64,000 bases of DNA. Origin: a virus. Its lineage: Duplodnaviria; Caudoviricetes. The DNA is taken from the IMG/VR virus record IMGVR_UViG_2617271113_000004, positions 127,053 through 191,052 of that record, one strand, 5' to 3'. The notes below the pieces were generated by a model, which saw nothing but the letters and a program-made list of their open reading frames with translations, did not search any database and was not told the DNA's origin. Positions 37,191-46,797 of the stretch are shown here, piece by piece. Within the stretch, counting starts at the first letter, position 1. Each line of letters starts with the position of its first letter. Position numbers and translations under genes: made by a program.

Positions 37191-37809
37191 TAGTTCATTA
37201 TGGACAATAGATAACAATTTTAATGGAAATGAATATGAAGATTTTTCTAATTCATGGTTGGTATCACCAATGGTTTGGGATGTTTTATTTGAAAAATACC
37301 TTCCTCATAAGGTTCAAGGTCCATTTGGAAGGCAACGCTATATGACAGCTATTAATTTTGATCCGTCTATATTTGAGGAACTTAATAAACTAGCTTGTAA
37401 TAGTGACATTAAGGAGGATAAAATCTTATGGATATTAACAAATGAACAGGTATTCCATAGTAAAGATAAACAACTTGTATCCTCATGTTTAAAAAACTTT
37501 CTTAATGTTAATTTTGAGTTAACTTCTGATTTTGGCGATCATATTCATGATAGATTCAATGAAGTAGCTGAATCAATTCTTAGCATTGATGAAAATGATC
37601 ACCCTTATTTTGTTTTCAAAGGAACGTCGGTTGATGACAATGTAGAACGATGGTTTGAGACATATGACGAAGAAAGTGATGAATATATAAATGCATCTTT
37701 TGATAAGTTTAATGAAATCGTAACTGGCTTTGTTTTTATAGAAAATGACTCTGAAATCAGGTTTTTAAATAATTTAGATTACTTTAAACAAAAGAAAGAG
37801 GAGGCTTGA
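37183..37809 (+). CDS. hypothetical protein
   Basis: 208-aa coupled ORF. Confidence 0.7.
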   Translation: MSSSSLWTIDNNFNGNEYEDFSNSWLVSPMVWDVLFEKYLPHKVQGPFGRQRYMTAINFDPSIFEELNKLACNSDIKEDKILWILTNEQVFHSKDKQLVSSCLKNFLNVNFELTSDFGDHIHDRFNEVAESILSIDENDHPYFVFKGTSVDDNVERWFETYDEESDEYINASFDKFNEIVTGFVFIENDSEIRFLNNLDYFKQKKEEA

Positions 37810-37810
37810 A

Positions 37811-38188
37811 ATGAATGAATGGCTCTCTTTAGGTGAGATGATAGATTGCTTAAAGTCTAATGATTATGCTGAAGATGAAGAAAAAGAGTGGGTTGTCAGA
37901 TGGGTTGATGAGAAATTAGTGTTTACATTTCTTAACAATAAAGGAGGACGACAAACACTATATTTAAATGATTTAAAGAAAAAATGGAGAGTCATTAGAA
38001 CCTATGTAACGTACGAAGAAGCTTTCAAAGCACATATGCAACAAAAGAAAACCATTACTTATCATCATAATGGTAACTTAAAGTACACATTCAAGCATGA
38101 GCTTGAACCAGGGCAATTTAAAGAAATCTACTATGACAGTATTAATTTACATGAGATGTTAAGCAAAAAATGGACAATTGATGATTAA
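37811..38188 (+). CDS. hypothetical protein
   Basis: GAGGAGG RBS. Confidence 0.65.
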   Translation: MNEWLSLGEMIDCLKSNDYAEDEEKEWVVRWVDEKLVFTFLNNKGGRQTLYLNDLKKKWRVIRTYVTYEEAFKAHMQQKKTITYHHNGNLKYTFKHELEPGQFKEIYYDSINLHEMLSKKWTIDD

Positions 38189-38220
38189 AGATTAAATAAA
38201 ATATTTAGGGAGGTATATAG

Positions 38221-38850
38221 ATGAAGGATCTCACGATTTCTATCTCCGAGGAACAAGAAAAATTTCTTAAACAATTTGCTTCAAAACAGTATTCAGGGGC
38301 TGATGATAATCTTATTACTGCTGATCCTTTTCATGCGGTAGAAACGAAGCAATATAAATACATTCCATATAGCTCGGATATTACTGAATTTTATGAAGAT
38401 TTACCACTTGTATTTACTTCTGATGATGAGTATGACGCATGGTTTGAAGATGAAACTGAATTAATTAGGGATTGGTATGATTCTCGTGGAGAGGATTGCC
38501 CAATAGAGATAAAATCATTCTCTGAAGTTGATGGGGAAGAAATACTTACGGCTGATGGACAGGAAAAATTGATTATAGATTATGATGATTATTTTGAAGC
38601 TTATGATATAGAACTTCGAGCAATTGCATGGAAAGATTACGAATGGAAATATGTTGCATCCTTCTTTATTTTAGATGAAGCTAAGCGTTATATGAAATAC
38701 CAATCACATAACTTATGTGAACCAAGAACATATACCTGGCATCCAGGTTATCAAAATCAAGGTGACTTTGTACCTTTCAGAAACCTTCTCATGAAAATAG
38801 GAACCCAATTAAACAACGAAGAGGTGACTAATAATGAAAGCAGCAGCTGA
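38221..38850 (+). CDS. acidic phage-like hypothetical protein
   Basis: DN..TADP, HNL..PR.Y motifs; GGAGG RBS. Confidence 0.65.
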   Translation: MKDLTISISEEQEKFLKQFASKQYSGADDNLITADPFHAVETKQYKYIPYSSDITEFYEDLPLVFTSDDEYDAWFEDETELIRDWYDSRGEDCPIEIKSFSEVDGEEILTADGQEKLIIDYDDYFEAYDIELRAIAWKDYEWKYVASFFILDEAKRYMKYQSHNLCEPRTYTWHPGYQNQGDFVPFRNLLMKIGTQLNNEEVTNNESSS

Positions 38851-40834
38851 AGGCATTAATATTTTTCAAGTGGCAGGGATGTTAGCTGAATTAAATAAAG
38901 AGCAAAGAGAAGCTGCCACTACCATTAATGGAAGGATATTAGTAATAGCTGGTGCCGGGTCTGGTAAGACCAAGACACTTACTACAAGAATAGCTAACAT
39001 GATTGCAAATCAAGTGAAACCTTACAATATATTTTGTGCAACGTTTACTAATAAAGCTGCCAGAGAAATGAAAGAAAGATTAAGTAAAATTATTGGTGAA
39101 GACAATACAGATAAGGTATGGATGGGAACATTTCATAGCCTGTGTGTACGTATCCTGCGAAAGCATGCTCACCTTCTTGGTTACGAGCAGAAAGAGAATA
39201 GATGTAATTTTGTAATTTATGACTCTTACGATGTATTAAAACTTATAGAACGTATTTATAAAACGATGAATATCGATGGGAAATATAAGCCAGGACTGGC
39301 TATGAACTATATCGACAATGCTAAAAATAATTTATGGACTACCGAATATTGTTTGTATAATAATGCTGATTCTGAAACACAAGAAGCTATGGCAAGAGTT
39401 TATCATCGGTATCAAGAAATTATGAAAGAATCTAATGCTATGGATTTTGGAGACTTAATCATGAACGTCGTTACTATATTAGAAGAACATCCTGAAGCAG
39501 CAGACTATTGGCAATCAAAATTTCATTATGTCATGTCTGATGAATATCAAGACACTAATCCAGCTCAATTCGCTCTATTATGTAAGCTTGCAGAACCTCA
39601 TATGAATATTTTTGCTGTTGGTGATCCTGATCAATCAATATATCGGTTTCGTGGATCAGATATAAATATTATTATGGATTTTGAAAGGCATTTCTCTCCT
39701 TGTGAGATTATTAAATTGGAAGAGAATTATCGTTCTACAAACGTTGTTGTTCAAGCTGGTAATTCACTTATCTCAAATAATCCAGCCCCTTATGACAAAG
39801 TTTTACGATCAAATAAAGAAGAAGGAGATAAGATTGAGATCATTGAACTAGCTACAGAGTTTACAGAAGCAGCCTATGTAGCTAGTAAAATTAAACATAT
39901 GGTTTTAGCGGAGAACTACAATTGGAGCGATTTCGCTATTCTTTATCGGGCAGGATTTCAATCAATGCCATTTGAACAGTTGTTTGTCCATAATTTTATT
40001 CCTTTCAAAGTAATAGGTGGCACTTCATTTTTTGAAAGAGAAGAGATAAAAGATGCTTCTTCTTACTTGAGAATTATATTTAATCGTAGAGATGATGCAG
40101 CTATGTTAAGAGTTTTAAACAAGCCTACTCGTGGTATTGGAAAAACGTCTCAAGATGCAGTTGAAGATTATGCCAACAATCACTCCATAAGTATTTATAA
40201 AGCTTTAAAATCGGTTGATAATATTGATTCAATAAAAAAATCTGCAGCCGGAAAGATTAAAAGTTTCCTGTCTACACTCAATCATTTAGAAGAAAAATCA
40301 CAATCCAACATGGGGCTTTCTAAATACGTGCGTTACGTACTTGAACAAACTGGAATTTTTATCATGTATCGAAAACGTGCTGAAAAAGAGAAAGATGGTC
40401 ATGAGCGGTTAGAAAATCTAGAAGAGTTTATTAATCTTATTGATCATTACGAGAAGAAAAACCCAAATAAACCTTTGGATGAGTTCTTACAGGAAATGTC
40501 TTTAATTACTGATTATCAAAAAGATGGAGAAGATACAACCAATGTTGTCAAGATGATGACAATGCATGGGTCCAAAGGGTTGGAGTTCCCTGTAGTTTTT
40601 AATGTTGGTTGGAATGAAAAGATATTTCCTTCTTGGAGAAGTAGTTCAGAAGTTGAATTGGAGGAAGAAAGAAGATTAGCTTACGTTGGAATTACAAGGG
40701 CTGAAGAAAAACTATTTATATCTTATTCTAATCAGCGTTCACGTCCTGATGGTAAAGGGATTCAATCTTATGATGCTTCTCGGTTTATTGATGAAATATC
40801 AGAAGATATTAGAACAAAATCAGAAATATTGTAA
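38834..40834 (+). CDS. pcrA: UvrD/PcrA superfamily 1 helicase
   Basis: AGAGSGKT, TFTNKAA, DEYQD, VGDPDQSIY.FRG, NYRS, TMH.SKGLEF, YVGITRA. Confidence 0.95.
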   Translation: MKAAAEGINIFQVAGMLAELNKEQREAATTINGRILVIAGAGSGKTKTLTTRIANMIANQVKPYNIFCATFTNKAAREMKERLSKIIGEDNTDKVWMGTFHSLCVRILRKHAHLLGYEQKENRCNFVIYDSYDVLKLIERIYKTMNIDGKYKPGLAMNYIDNAKNNLWTTEYCLYNNADSETQEAMARVYHRYQEIMKESNAMDFGDLIMNVVTILEEHPEAADYWQSKFHYVMSDEYQDTNPAQFALLCKLAEPHMNIFAVGDPDQSIYRFRGSDINIIMDFERHFSPCEIIKLEENYRSTNVVVQAGNSLISNNPAPYDKVLRSNKEEGDKIEIIELATEFTEAAYVASKIKHMVLAENYNWSDFAILYRAGFQSMPFEQLFVHNFIPFKVIGGTSFFEREEIKDASSYLRIIFNRRDDAAMLRVLNKPTRGIGKTSQDAVEDYANNHSISIYKALKSVDNIDSIKKSAAGKIKSFLSTLNHLEEKSQSNMGLSKYVRYVLEQTGIFIMYRKRAEKEKDGHERLENLEEFINLIDHYEKKNPNKPLDEFLQEMSLITDYQKDGEDTTNVVKMMTMHGSKGLEFPVVFNVGWNEKIFPSWRSSSEVELEEERRLAYVGITRAEEKLFISYSNQRSRPDGKGIQSYDASRFIDEISEDIRTKSEIL

Positions 40835-40861
40835 TGTATTAAGTCTCTTTTTGGAACATAC

Positions 40862-40892
40862 TTGACTATATGCACTTATACGTGTGTATAAT
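40862..40892 (+). promoter_or_regulatory. sigma-A promoter with 19-bp spacer and imperfect dyad
   Basis: TTGACT-19-TATAAT with TG extension. Confidence 0.5.
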
Positions 40893-40927
40893 AAGTAAGA
40901 GTTTCTATTATAGAGAGGAGAATATAT

Positions 40928-41911
40928 ATGCCTAAGACAACAAACAGGGTGGATCGCTCTCAGGTATATGATGAAGTATATAAAATACTAGAATCTGCAC
41001 CAGGTAATGAAAAAGAAATCTCAGCCTCTGAATTGGCCGATATCTTTGATGTGCAAGCTGCAACAATGGATTATCATCTAAAAAAACTTGTAGAAAATGG
41101 AGAATTATTGTTATCAGATAAAAGAGGGCGTTACAATCGAAAGATTTATAAACTTCCTACAGATAGTTCTAAAAACAAGTCAGATGATAGTACTAACTTT
41201 TCAAGTAAAATGGATCAATATAAAAGCATGCTTCAAAACAAGTTAAAAAATAAATCATTTACTTCTAATCTTGATAAAGAGAAGAAAGAAGATAAAACAA
41301 CTGTTGAAGATGAATCAAATGATATTGAGAACCAAGTAGATTATGGTACAAATAAGGTTGTTCCAATTAGAGAAGAAGATGAAAAGCAAGAAGAATCATT
41401 AGATGAAAATTACATCGATTATTATGATAACTCGAATTATAATGATGATGTATCCTTGGATGCTAAAATCGAAAACTTTTTATATCAATCTCGAAATGTA
41501 CCAACTGCTGAAAAGCTTTTAAATCAACAAGATAGAGAAGTTTTATCAGTAATGAACGAAAGTATTCAACAGCATATTATCTATTTAAAAGATCTCTCTG
41601 AACAGTTGTCTACCGTTCAAAACAAAGAGCTTATACAACAGCTTATCGATGAACGTAATGATTATTTAAAAGAAAAAGATCAAATGCAAAATGAAATTGA
41701 TATACTACGCAATCAACTAGAACATCAAAAAGGAAACTTTGATTTAGATCCAAAACGTATACGTTTAATCCAGCAAAACCTATTTAATGTTTTAGATACG
41801 TATTTAGACCAACCAAATCATACACTTGCTCTAGGTAGAAAAGAGTTTAGAAAAGCAATGACTACCCAGATCAATGATGCATTCCGGTATATTCTAAACT
41901 TAGAGAAATAA
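40928..41911 (+). CDS. winged-HTH plus coiled-coil protein
   Basis: SASELADIF....TMDYHLKKLVENG. Confidence 0.78.
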   Translation: MPKTTNRVDRSQVYDEVYKILESAPGNEKEISASELADIFDVQAATMDYHLKKLVENGELLLSDKRGRYNRKIYKLPTDSSKNKSDDSTNFSSKMDQYKSMLQNKLKNKSFTSNLDKEKKEDKTTVEDESNDIENQVDYGTNKVVPIREEDEKQEESLDENYIDYYDNSNYNDDVSLDAKIENFLYQSRNVPTAEKLLNQQDREVLSVMNESIQQHIIYLKDLSEQLSTVQNKELIQQLIDERNDYLKEKDQMQNEIDILRNQLEHQKGNFDLDPKRIRLIQQNLFNVLDTYLDQPNHTLALGRKEFRKAMTTQINDAFRYILNLEK

Positions 41912-41963
41912 AATTCATAAGCCTATCGGCTTTTTATGGGATAAAAATGGAGGTGTTTATTCT

Positions 41964-43319
41964 GTGAAACGACATTATCCCACGGAATTTCTAGATCAAT
42001 TACAACAACAAGCAAATCTTGTAGAGATAATTTCATCTTATACGCAAGTAGAAAAGATGGGAAAAAATTACTTGGCTCAATGTCCATTTCATGATGATCA
42101 CACACCGAGTCTTCAAATTAACCCAGAGACAAATACATTTTATTGCCATGCTTGTGCTGCCGGCTCAAAAAACCACAGTGAAGTTAAAGCATGTAATGCT
42201 ATTGGTTTTATTCAACATATAGAAAAGATACCTTTTCCAGAGGCAGTGGAGAAATTAGCGCTTATAGTTGGTTTATCACTGCCCAACTTATCTCCCCAGC
42301 AACAAGCTGAATTAGAGAGACGTTCAGAATGGCTTGAATTAATGTCAAAAGTAGGTGAAACTTTTCACCATAACTTAAAAAACAATCAAAATTCTCTTCA
42401 GTATCTTGGAAACAGAGGAATAACTCATTTAGATATTGATATATGGAAACTAGGGTATTGCGGAGATGAAACACATCAAAATTTTGCTAATTTAAGGAAT
42501 CGTATTGTCTTCCCACTTTTTGATTACAATGGTGATATTGTATCTTTTACGGGAAGAGTGCCTTTTTCCACTATATTGCTTAAACAGTTAAATGAAAAAG
42601 CAAAAGAGAAAAACCAGAAAACACAACCGAAATATAAGGATACTCATGGCGTAAATAAAGGGGATCATTTATTTGGCATGCATATTGCTAAAGAATATAT
42701 ACGCCAATCAAGAATTGCTATTATTGTTGAAGGTTGGACCGATGTTATTTCCCTGCACCGCCACGGTGCTAAAAATGCTGTTTCTACGATGGGGGTAGCT
42801 TTGACTCAGAATCAGATCAATTTATTAAAAAGAGCTGGTGCAAAGCAAGTAATTCTAATGAGAGATGGAGATGCTGCAGGGATACTTGCAACAGAAAGAG
42901 ATCACAAATTATTACTTGATCATGATATCAAATGTTTTATTTACCCTTTAGAAAATGGAATGGATCCAGACAACTTATGTTTATCCTTTGGTTACTATAA
43001 TGAGAACTTGTTAAAACAAATCTATCGTTTTATGCAACCAATCGAGCAATATAAAATAGCAAAAATATATAAAGAAACGCAAGATGATATTTTATATCAT
43101 TATGGAATTATTAATCAGACACAAGAAGATCGTTTAGAAAAAGTATTAGATGTTTTGATAACCATTAATGATCCAGTAGAATTGGATATTTATATTCGTC
43201 AATTATCTAATTTACTTTTGATCTCGTATGATGCCATCAAAGATAAGATACGTTATAGAAGAGAAAAGGAATCACAACAGCAAGCAAAAAGTATAAATCC
43301 AGCTTTTACGCCTGCTTAA
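41964..43319 (+). CDS. dnaG: DNA primase
   Basis: CPFHDD..PS, CHAC, RIVFP, F.GR, PKY, VEG..DV, DGD.AG, DPD. Confidence 0.93.
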   Translation: MKRHYPTEFLDQLQQQANLVEIISSYTQVEKMGKNYLAQCPFHDDHTPSLQINPETNTFYCHACAAGSKNHSEVKACNAIGFIQHIEKIPFPEAVEKLALIVGLSLPNLSPQQQAELERRSEWLELMSKVGETFHHNLKNNQNSLQYLGNRGITHLDIDIWKLGYCGDETHQNFANLRNRIVFPLFDYNGDIVSFTGRVPFSTILLKQLNEKAKEKNQKTQPKYKDTHGVNKGDHLFGMHIAKEYIRQSRIAIIVEGWTDVISLHRHGAKNAVSTMGVALTQNQINLLKRAGAKQVILMRDGDAAGILATERDHKLLLDHDIKCFIYPLENGMDPDNLCLSFGYYNENLLKQIYRFMQPIEQYKIAKIYKETQDDILYHYGIINQTQEDRLEKVLDVLITINDPVELDIYIRQLSNLLLISYDAIKDKIRYRREKESQQQAKSINPAFTPA

Positions 43320-43334
43320 AGAGAGGTCAGAGAT

Positions 43335-43835
43335 ATGAGCAATTATTTACATGCAACATTATATTTTCCACTATCTAAATTAGATAAGGAAGTTAATCAT
43401 TTAATATCTAAACTGAATTCAGGTCTTATTTACAAACAATTGGAACATCTTGATATCGTTAAGGTCCAAGATCCATATGCAATAAATGGTGAATTTCTAG
43501 ACCTTGAATATTTGCTTGTTAAAAAAGATATTCCGTTTGACCGATACACAGAGGATATTCATCCGGAGGATCCCGAAGCAATAACAAAAATCGTTTTCTA
43601 TAGATCAGAAAGTTCTTATACCTCATTTGAAGTCCTTACAAATAAAGTACCGTCAGTTTCTACAAAAGAACTGTACGATTTGATGAAATCATATGCAAAC
43701 AAAAGGATTACAAATGGTGATCTTTTAATAAGAATTTCCGAACTAATTGAAAGTAATGATCCCCTATTGGTTTCAAAAATAAAACCTTTAGTAGACTACA
43801 AAAAGGAGGACATTGATCATGGGGAACTGGAATAA
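43335..43835 (+). CDS. hypothetical protein
   Basis: GAGG RBS. Confidence 0.65.
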   Translation: MSNYLHATLYFPLSKLDKEVNHLISKLNSGLIYKQLEHLDIVKVQDPYAINGEFLDLEYLLVKKDIPFDRYTEDIHPEDPEAITKIVFYRSESSYTSFEVLTNKVPSVSTKELYDLMKSYANKRITNGDLLIRISELIESNDPLLVSKIKPLVDYKKEDIDHGELE

Positions 43836-44475
43836 TAACTTGGATAATTATGAAAGGGTTAAAGAAAGAAAATTACGTTTAATAAAGGATTATCCAAATA
43901 GTGTTATTATGCCTATATTTCTTTCTGATACTTCATTTGCTTTTAATTACGCTCTTATTGGTGCATTAATATGGACAGATAAAAAAGTATTTGAAGAGTT
44001 ATCTGCTGAGTCTCTAAATACTATATCAGAACTTTCTAAGGCTGCTACACCTCAAAATGCTGGTATCATTATGACTAATATAGCAATTGCATCAAAAGCA
44101 AGTTCAAGTGGTTATTCTTTATCAATCGCTGGAGGAAAGGGTGCAGATAAAGCTTCATGGGTGGAAAATGCAGAGGAATCAGCCGTTGGTCGTGCCCTAG
44201 ATAATTTAGGTTATCATTCCAACGCACCATCTAGAGAAGAAATGGAGAAAGTAGCTTACACAGAAGATGCCTTAAATAGTAGACAGGCTGCAGTAATGGA
44301 ACTTGATAACTTAATGTCACAATTGATTAATAAAGGATACGATCCAGCTTACATTCAACAACAGTGTTCACAAATAGCCGGTCGTCAAATAAACAATTTC
44401 TCAGATCTGTCAAATGATCAAATGGCCCATGTTAAGAATATATTTCTAAACTACTTACAACAAAATGCAGGATAA
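43813..44475 (+). CDS. putative single-strand annealing protein (Rad52/Sak-like)
   Basis: Y..V.ER and ENAE.SAVGRAL.NLG motifs. Confidence 0.55.
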   Translation: MIMGNWNNNLDNYERVKERKLRLIKDYPNSVIMPIFLSDTSFAFNYALIGALIWTDKKVFEELSAESLNTISELSKAATPQNAGIIMTNIAIASKASSSGYSLSIAGGKGADKASWVENAEESAVGRALDNLGYHSNAPSREEMEKVAYTEDALNSRQAAVMELDNLMSQLINKGYDPAYIQQQCSQIAGRQINNFSDLSNDQMAHVKNIFLNYLQQNAG

Positions 44476-44559
44476 ATCCTTAAGAAATATTTCATCATAA
44501 AAATTGCAATCCTTCTAGAATCTATGATTAAATGGTAAATAATAAGAGGAGGAGTTAGC

Positions 44560-44994
44560 ATGGGTGCAAAAGATCTATTAAGACAATCTCATATGACTGG
44601 TAAGGTACAAGTTCCAGAAAAGAAAGAGCCTAAAGAAGAAAATGTCGAGATGGAACTACCAACAAAAGAAGAAACTGTTGAACCTAAAAAGACAAAGCCT
44701 AAAAAACAAACACCTTCTAGTGGAATGTATCAAGTAAAAAGAGATGATGTTGATCTAGCTGAGTATGGTGTCAAACCAGATATCACTAACTTTCAATTAT
44801 ATAATTATGAGTTAAGCGAATTTCTTACGTCTTTTAGTAAGCAAAATAAAAAACATGGTGGTAATCCCATAACTAAATCCCAACTAATGGAGACTATTTT
44901 AGGTTTTGCTTTTTATGATATGGAATTAAAGCCAGAGGGGTTTGAAAACCCTCAAGATTTATTAGCACATTTACAAGAAAAGATTAAAAAATAA
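44560..44994 (+). CDS. small protein, possible ribbon-helix-helix/ParG-like
   Basis: disordered N-half, then NFQLY and two helices with KSQLMETIL. Confidence 0.45.
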   Translation: MGAKDLLRQSHMTGKVQVPEKKEPKEENVEMELPTKEETVEPKKTKPKKQTPSSGMYQVKRDDVDLAEYGVKPDITNFQLYNYELSEFLTSFSKQNKKHGGNPITKSQLMETILGFAFYDMELKPEGFENPQDLLAHLQEKIKK

Positions 44995-45064
44995 ACAATA
45001 TAATGCAAAAATAAGAGCGATTTGCTCAATCAATATACGCAAATCGCTTTATTCATGATATAAT

Positions 45065-45080
45065 ATGTAATGCATTACAT
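45065..45080. promoter_or_regulatory. perfect 16-bp palindrome
   Basis: ATGTAATGCATTACAT next to the RBS of 45098. Confidence 0.7.
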
Positions 45081-45097
45081 TCAGGAGTGAATACATT

Positions 45098-45496
45098 ATG
45101 GAACTAGTCACAGCATATCTGTATATGACTTCCCCCATACCATCTGAAAATATATCTGCAAAAAGCTTTTATAAACTAAAAGAGAACAACTGGTATCAGG
45201 ACAATAGAGGATCACAGAAGTTTCAAATTTTGAATAAACGTTTCAAGATAGATCAAAACTGGTATAAAGTTGGAATACGCTTTGAAAGGAGTCAAGATAA
45301 CTATGTATTAAATACACCAATTCCTTTCTTTATTACAGAGGCAGAAACAGATAATGGGCAAGTATTTACAGATAAAGTCGTGCATCATGGAAGAAAAGTA
45401 AAACACACACTTGGCTACCTGCATAAAGGTATACCAATTGAATTAATTGATGCTGTTATTCAAGATTTGAAAGAGCATCTAATCTACACTAATTAA
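45098..45496 (+). CDS. hypothetical protein
   Basis: AGGAG RBS. Confidence 0.65.
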   Translation: MELVTAYLYMTSPIPSENISAKSFYKLKENNWYQDNRGSQKFQILNKRFKIDQNWYKVGIRFERSQDNYVLNTPIPFFITEAETDNGQVFTDKVVHHGRKVKHTLGYLHKGIPIELIDAVIQDLKEHLIYTN

Positions 45497-45512
45497 AAAG
45501 GGGAGGATATCT

Positions 45513-46778
45513 ATGTACAAAAGCTATTATTTGAACGATCCTATAAGTGAATATGCGATGAAAATTTTATCCATGTATCTAAACTTTCCTGAAGATCAAC
45601 CAATAACAGCTGTTGATTTTAGAGCAAGAGATGGGAAATTAATTGAAAAATTAACAAGCAAACATAAGGGGCCAAAGCATCTATACGCTGTTGAAAAAGA
45701 CTCTTACTTTACTTCACAAATGAGACAAAGTGAAAAGTATGAAAAAGTATCAACATCACATTATAAATCGGAAGCCCGTATATCAAAAGAAGCATTCTCG
45801 TTAGCAATTATTGATCCAATTATATCTAATGTTGTACAAAGTGAATTATTTGATGCAGTTGATACATTTGTAGAGCCTGATTTTGAAAAAGAAGAAAGAG
45901 AAAGACTCCAGAAAGCTGAATCTTATAATAATATTGGTTTTGATTTTAATACTGTAGATGTAACTGAAGAAGAACAAGAAAAGGCTAAAGAAGATTTTGA
46001 AAAGAAATTAGAAAAATCCATAAAGAATAGGCGTCTTGCTTTTAGAAGAGCACTACGTGAACAAGAGAAAAAGATTTCTCTAGAAAGAAGCGATAATTTC
46101 TTATTAGCAAAAGCAACTGAACACCTTATGCCTGGTGGTGTTCTGGTAATGATTACACCTAAAGAAATGATTGATACAGCAGTAACCTTAAGACTTGGGA
46201 ATCAATTTGAAGATATTCGAATACTTCGTTTAGAAGAAGATGAGTACTTAGATAAACGAAAGTGTATTATTTTAGCTAAGAAAAAGAAAGAAAAAAGTTT
46301 ACAAGACCGTACCATAGGTTATTCTCTAGCAGAAACAAAGCTAACTCCCTTTTCGCAGCTTAAAGAAATTGCACCACAAGCTGAAGGCATATATTTTGTG
46401 CCAACACAGAGCAATGATGCAGTTGAATTATTTAGAGTAGGACCATTAACTTCAGGTGAAGTATTGGAAGCCGTTCAAAAGTCTTCTTTGTTAGATACTT
46501 ATAAAGAAAGTTATTCACAAGTATTAACGGACCCTAACCCTGTAGCTCCGACTCCACTTCATAAAGGTCACATTATGTTATTACTTACAAGTGGATTCCT
46601 AAATGGTTACATTGGAAAAGGCGTAAACCAACACCTTGTAAAAGGGAATGCTATTAAGATGACCAGAGAAAGTCGTGAAACGGATGATGATGGTGTCGAA
46701 ACAATAAAAGAACGGGAATACTATCACATTTCAGTAAAGTACTTAAATAACAAAGGTGAATTTCACAAGTTAATGTAA
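45513..46778 (+). CDS. DUF6094-type methyltransferase-like protein, degenerate
   Basis: AVE, L.PGGVLV.I.P, PLH.GH..LLL.SG..NG, HLVKG; motifs I/IV replaced by DFRARDG/IIDPII. Confidence 0.7.
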   Translation: MYKSYYLNDPISEYAMKILSMYLNFPEDQPITAVDFRARDGKLIEKLTSKHKGPKHLYAVEKDSYFTSQMRQSEKYEKVSTSHYKSEARISKEAFSLAIIDPIISNVVQSELFDAVDTFVEPDFEKEERERLQKAESYNNIGFDFNTVDVTEEEQEKAKEDFEKKLEKSIKNRRLAFRRALREQEKKISLERSDNFLLAKATEHLMPGGVLVMITPKEMIDTAVTLRLGNQFEDIRILRLEEDEYLDKRKCIILAKKKKEKSLQDRTIGYSLAETKLTPFSQLKEIAPQAEGIYFVPTQSNDAVELFRVGPLTSGEVLEAVQKSSLLDTYKESYSQVLTDPNPVAPTPLHKGHIMLLLTSGFLNGYIGKGVNQHLVKGNAIKMTRESRETDDDGVETIKEREYYHISVKYLNNKGEFHKLM

Positions 46779-46797
46779 TCAGGGAGGAGAGGAAATA

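Noticed and set aside
9300-45080. Palindrome as CcpA cre site
   Set aside because: Central CG of cre is absent in all copies
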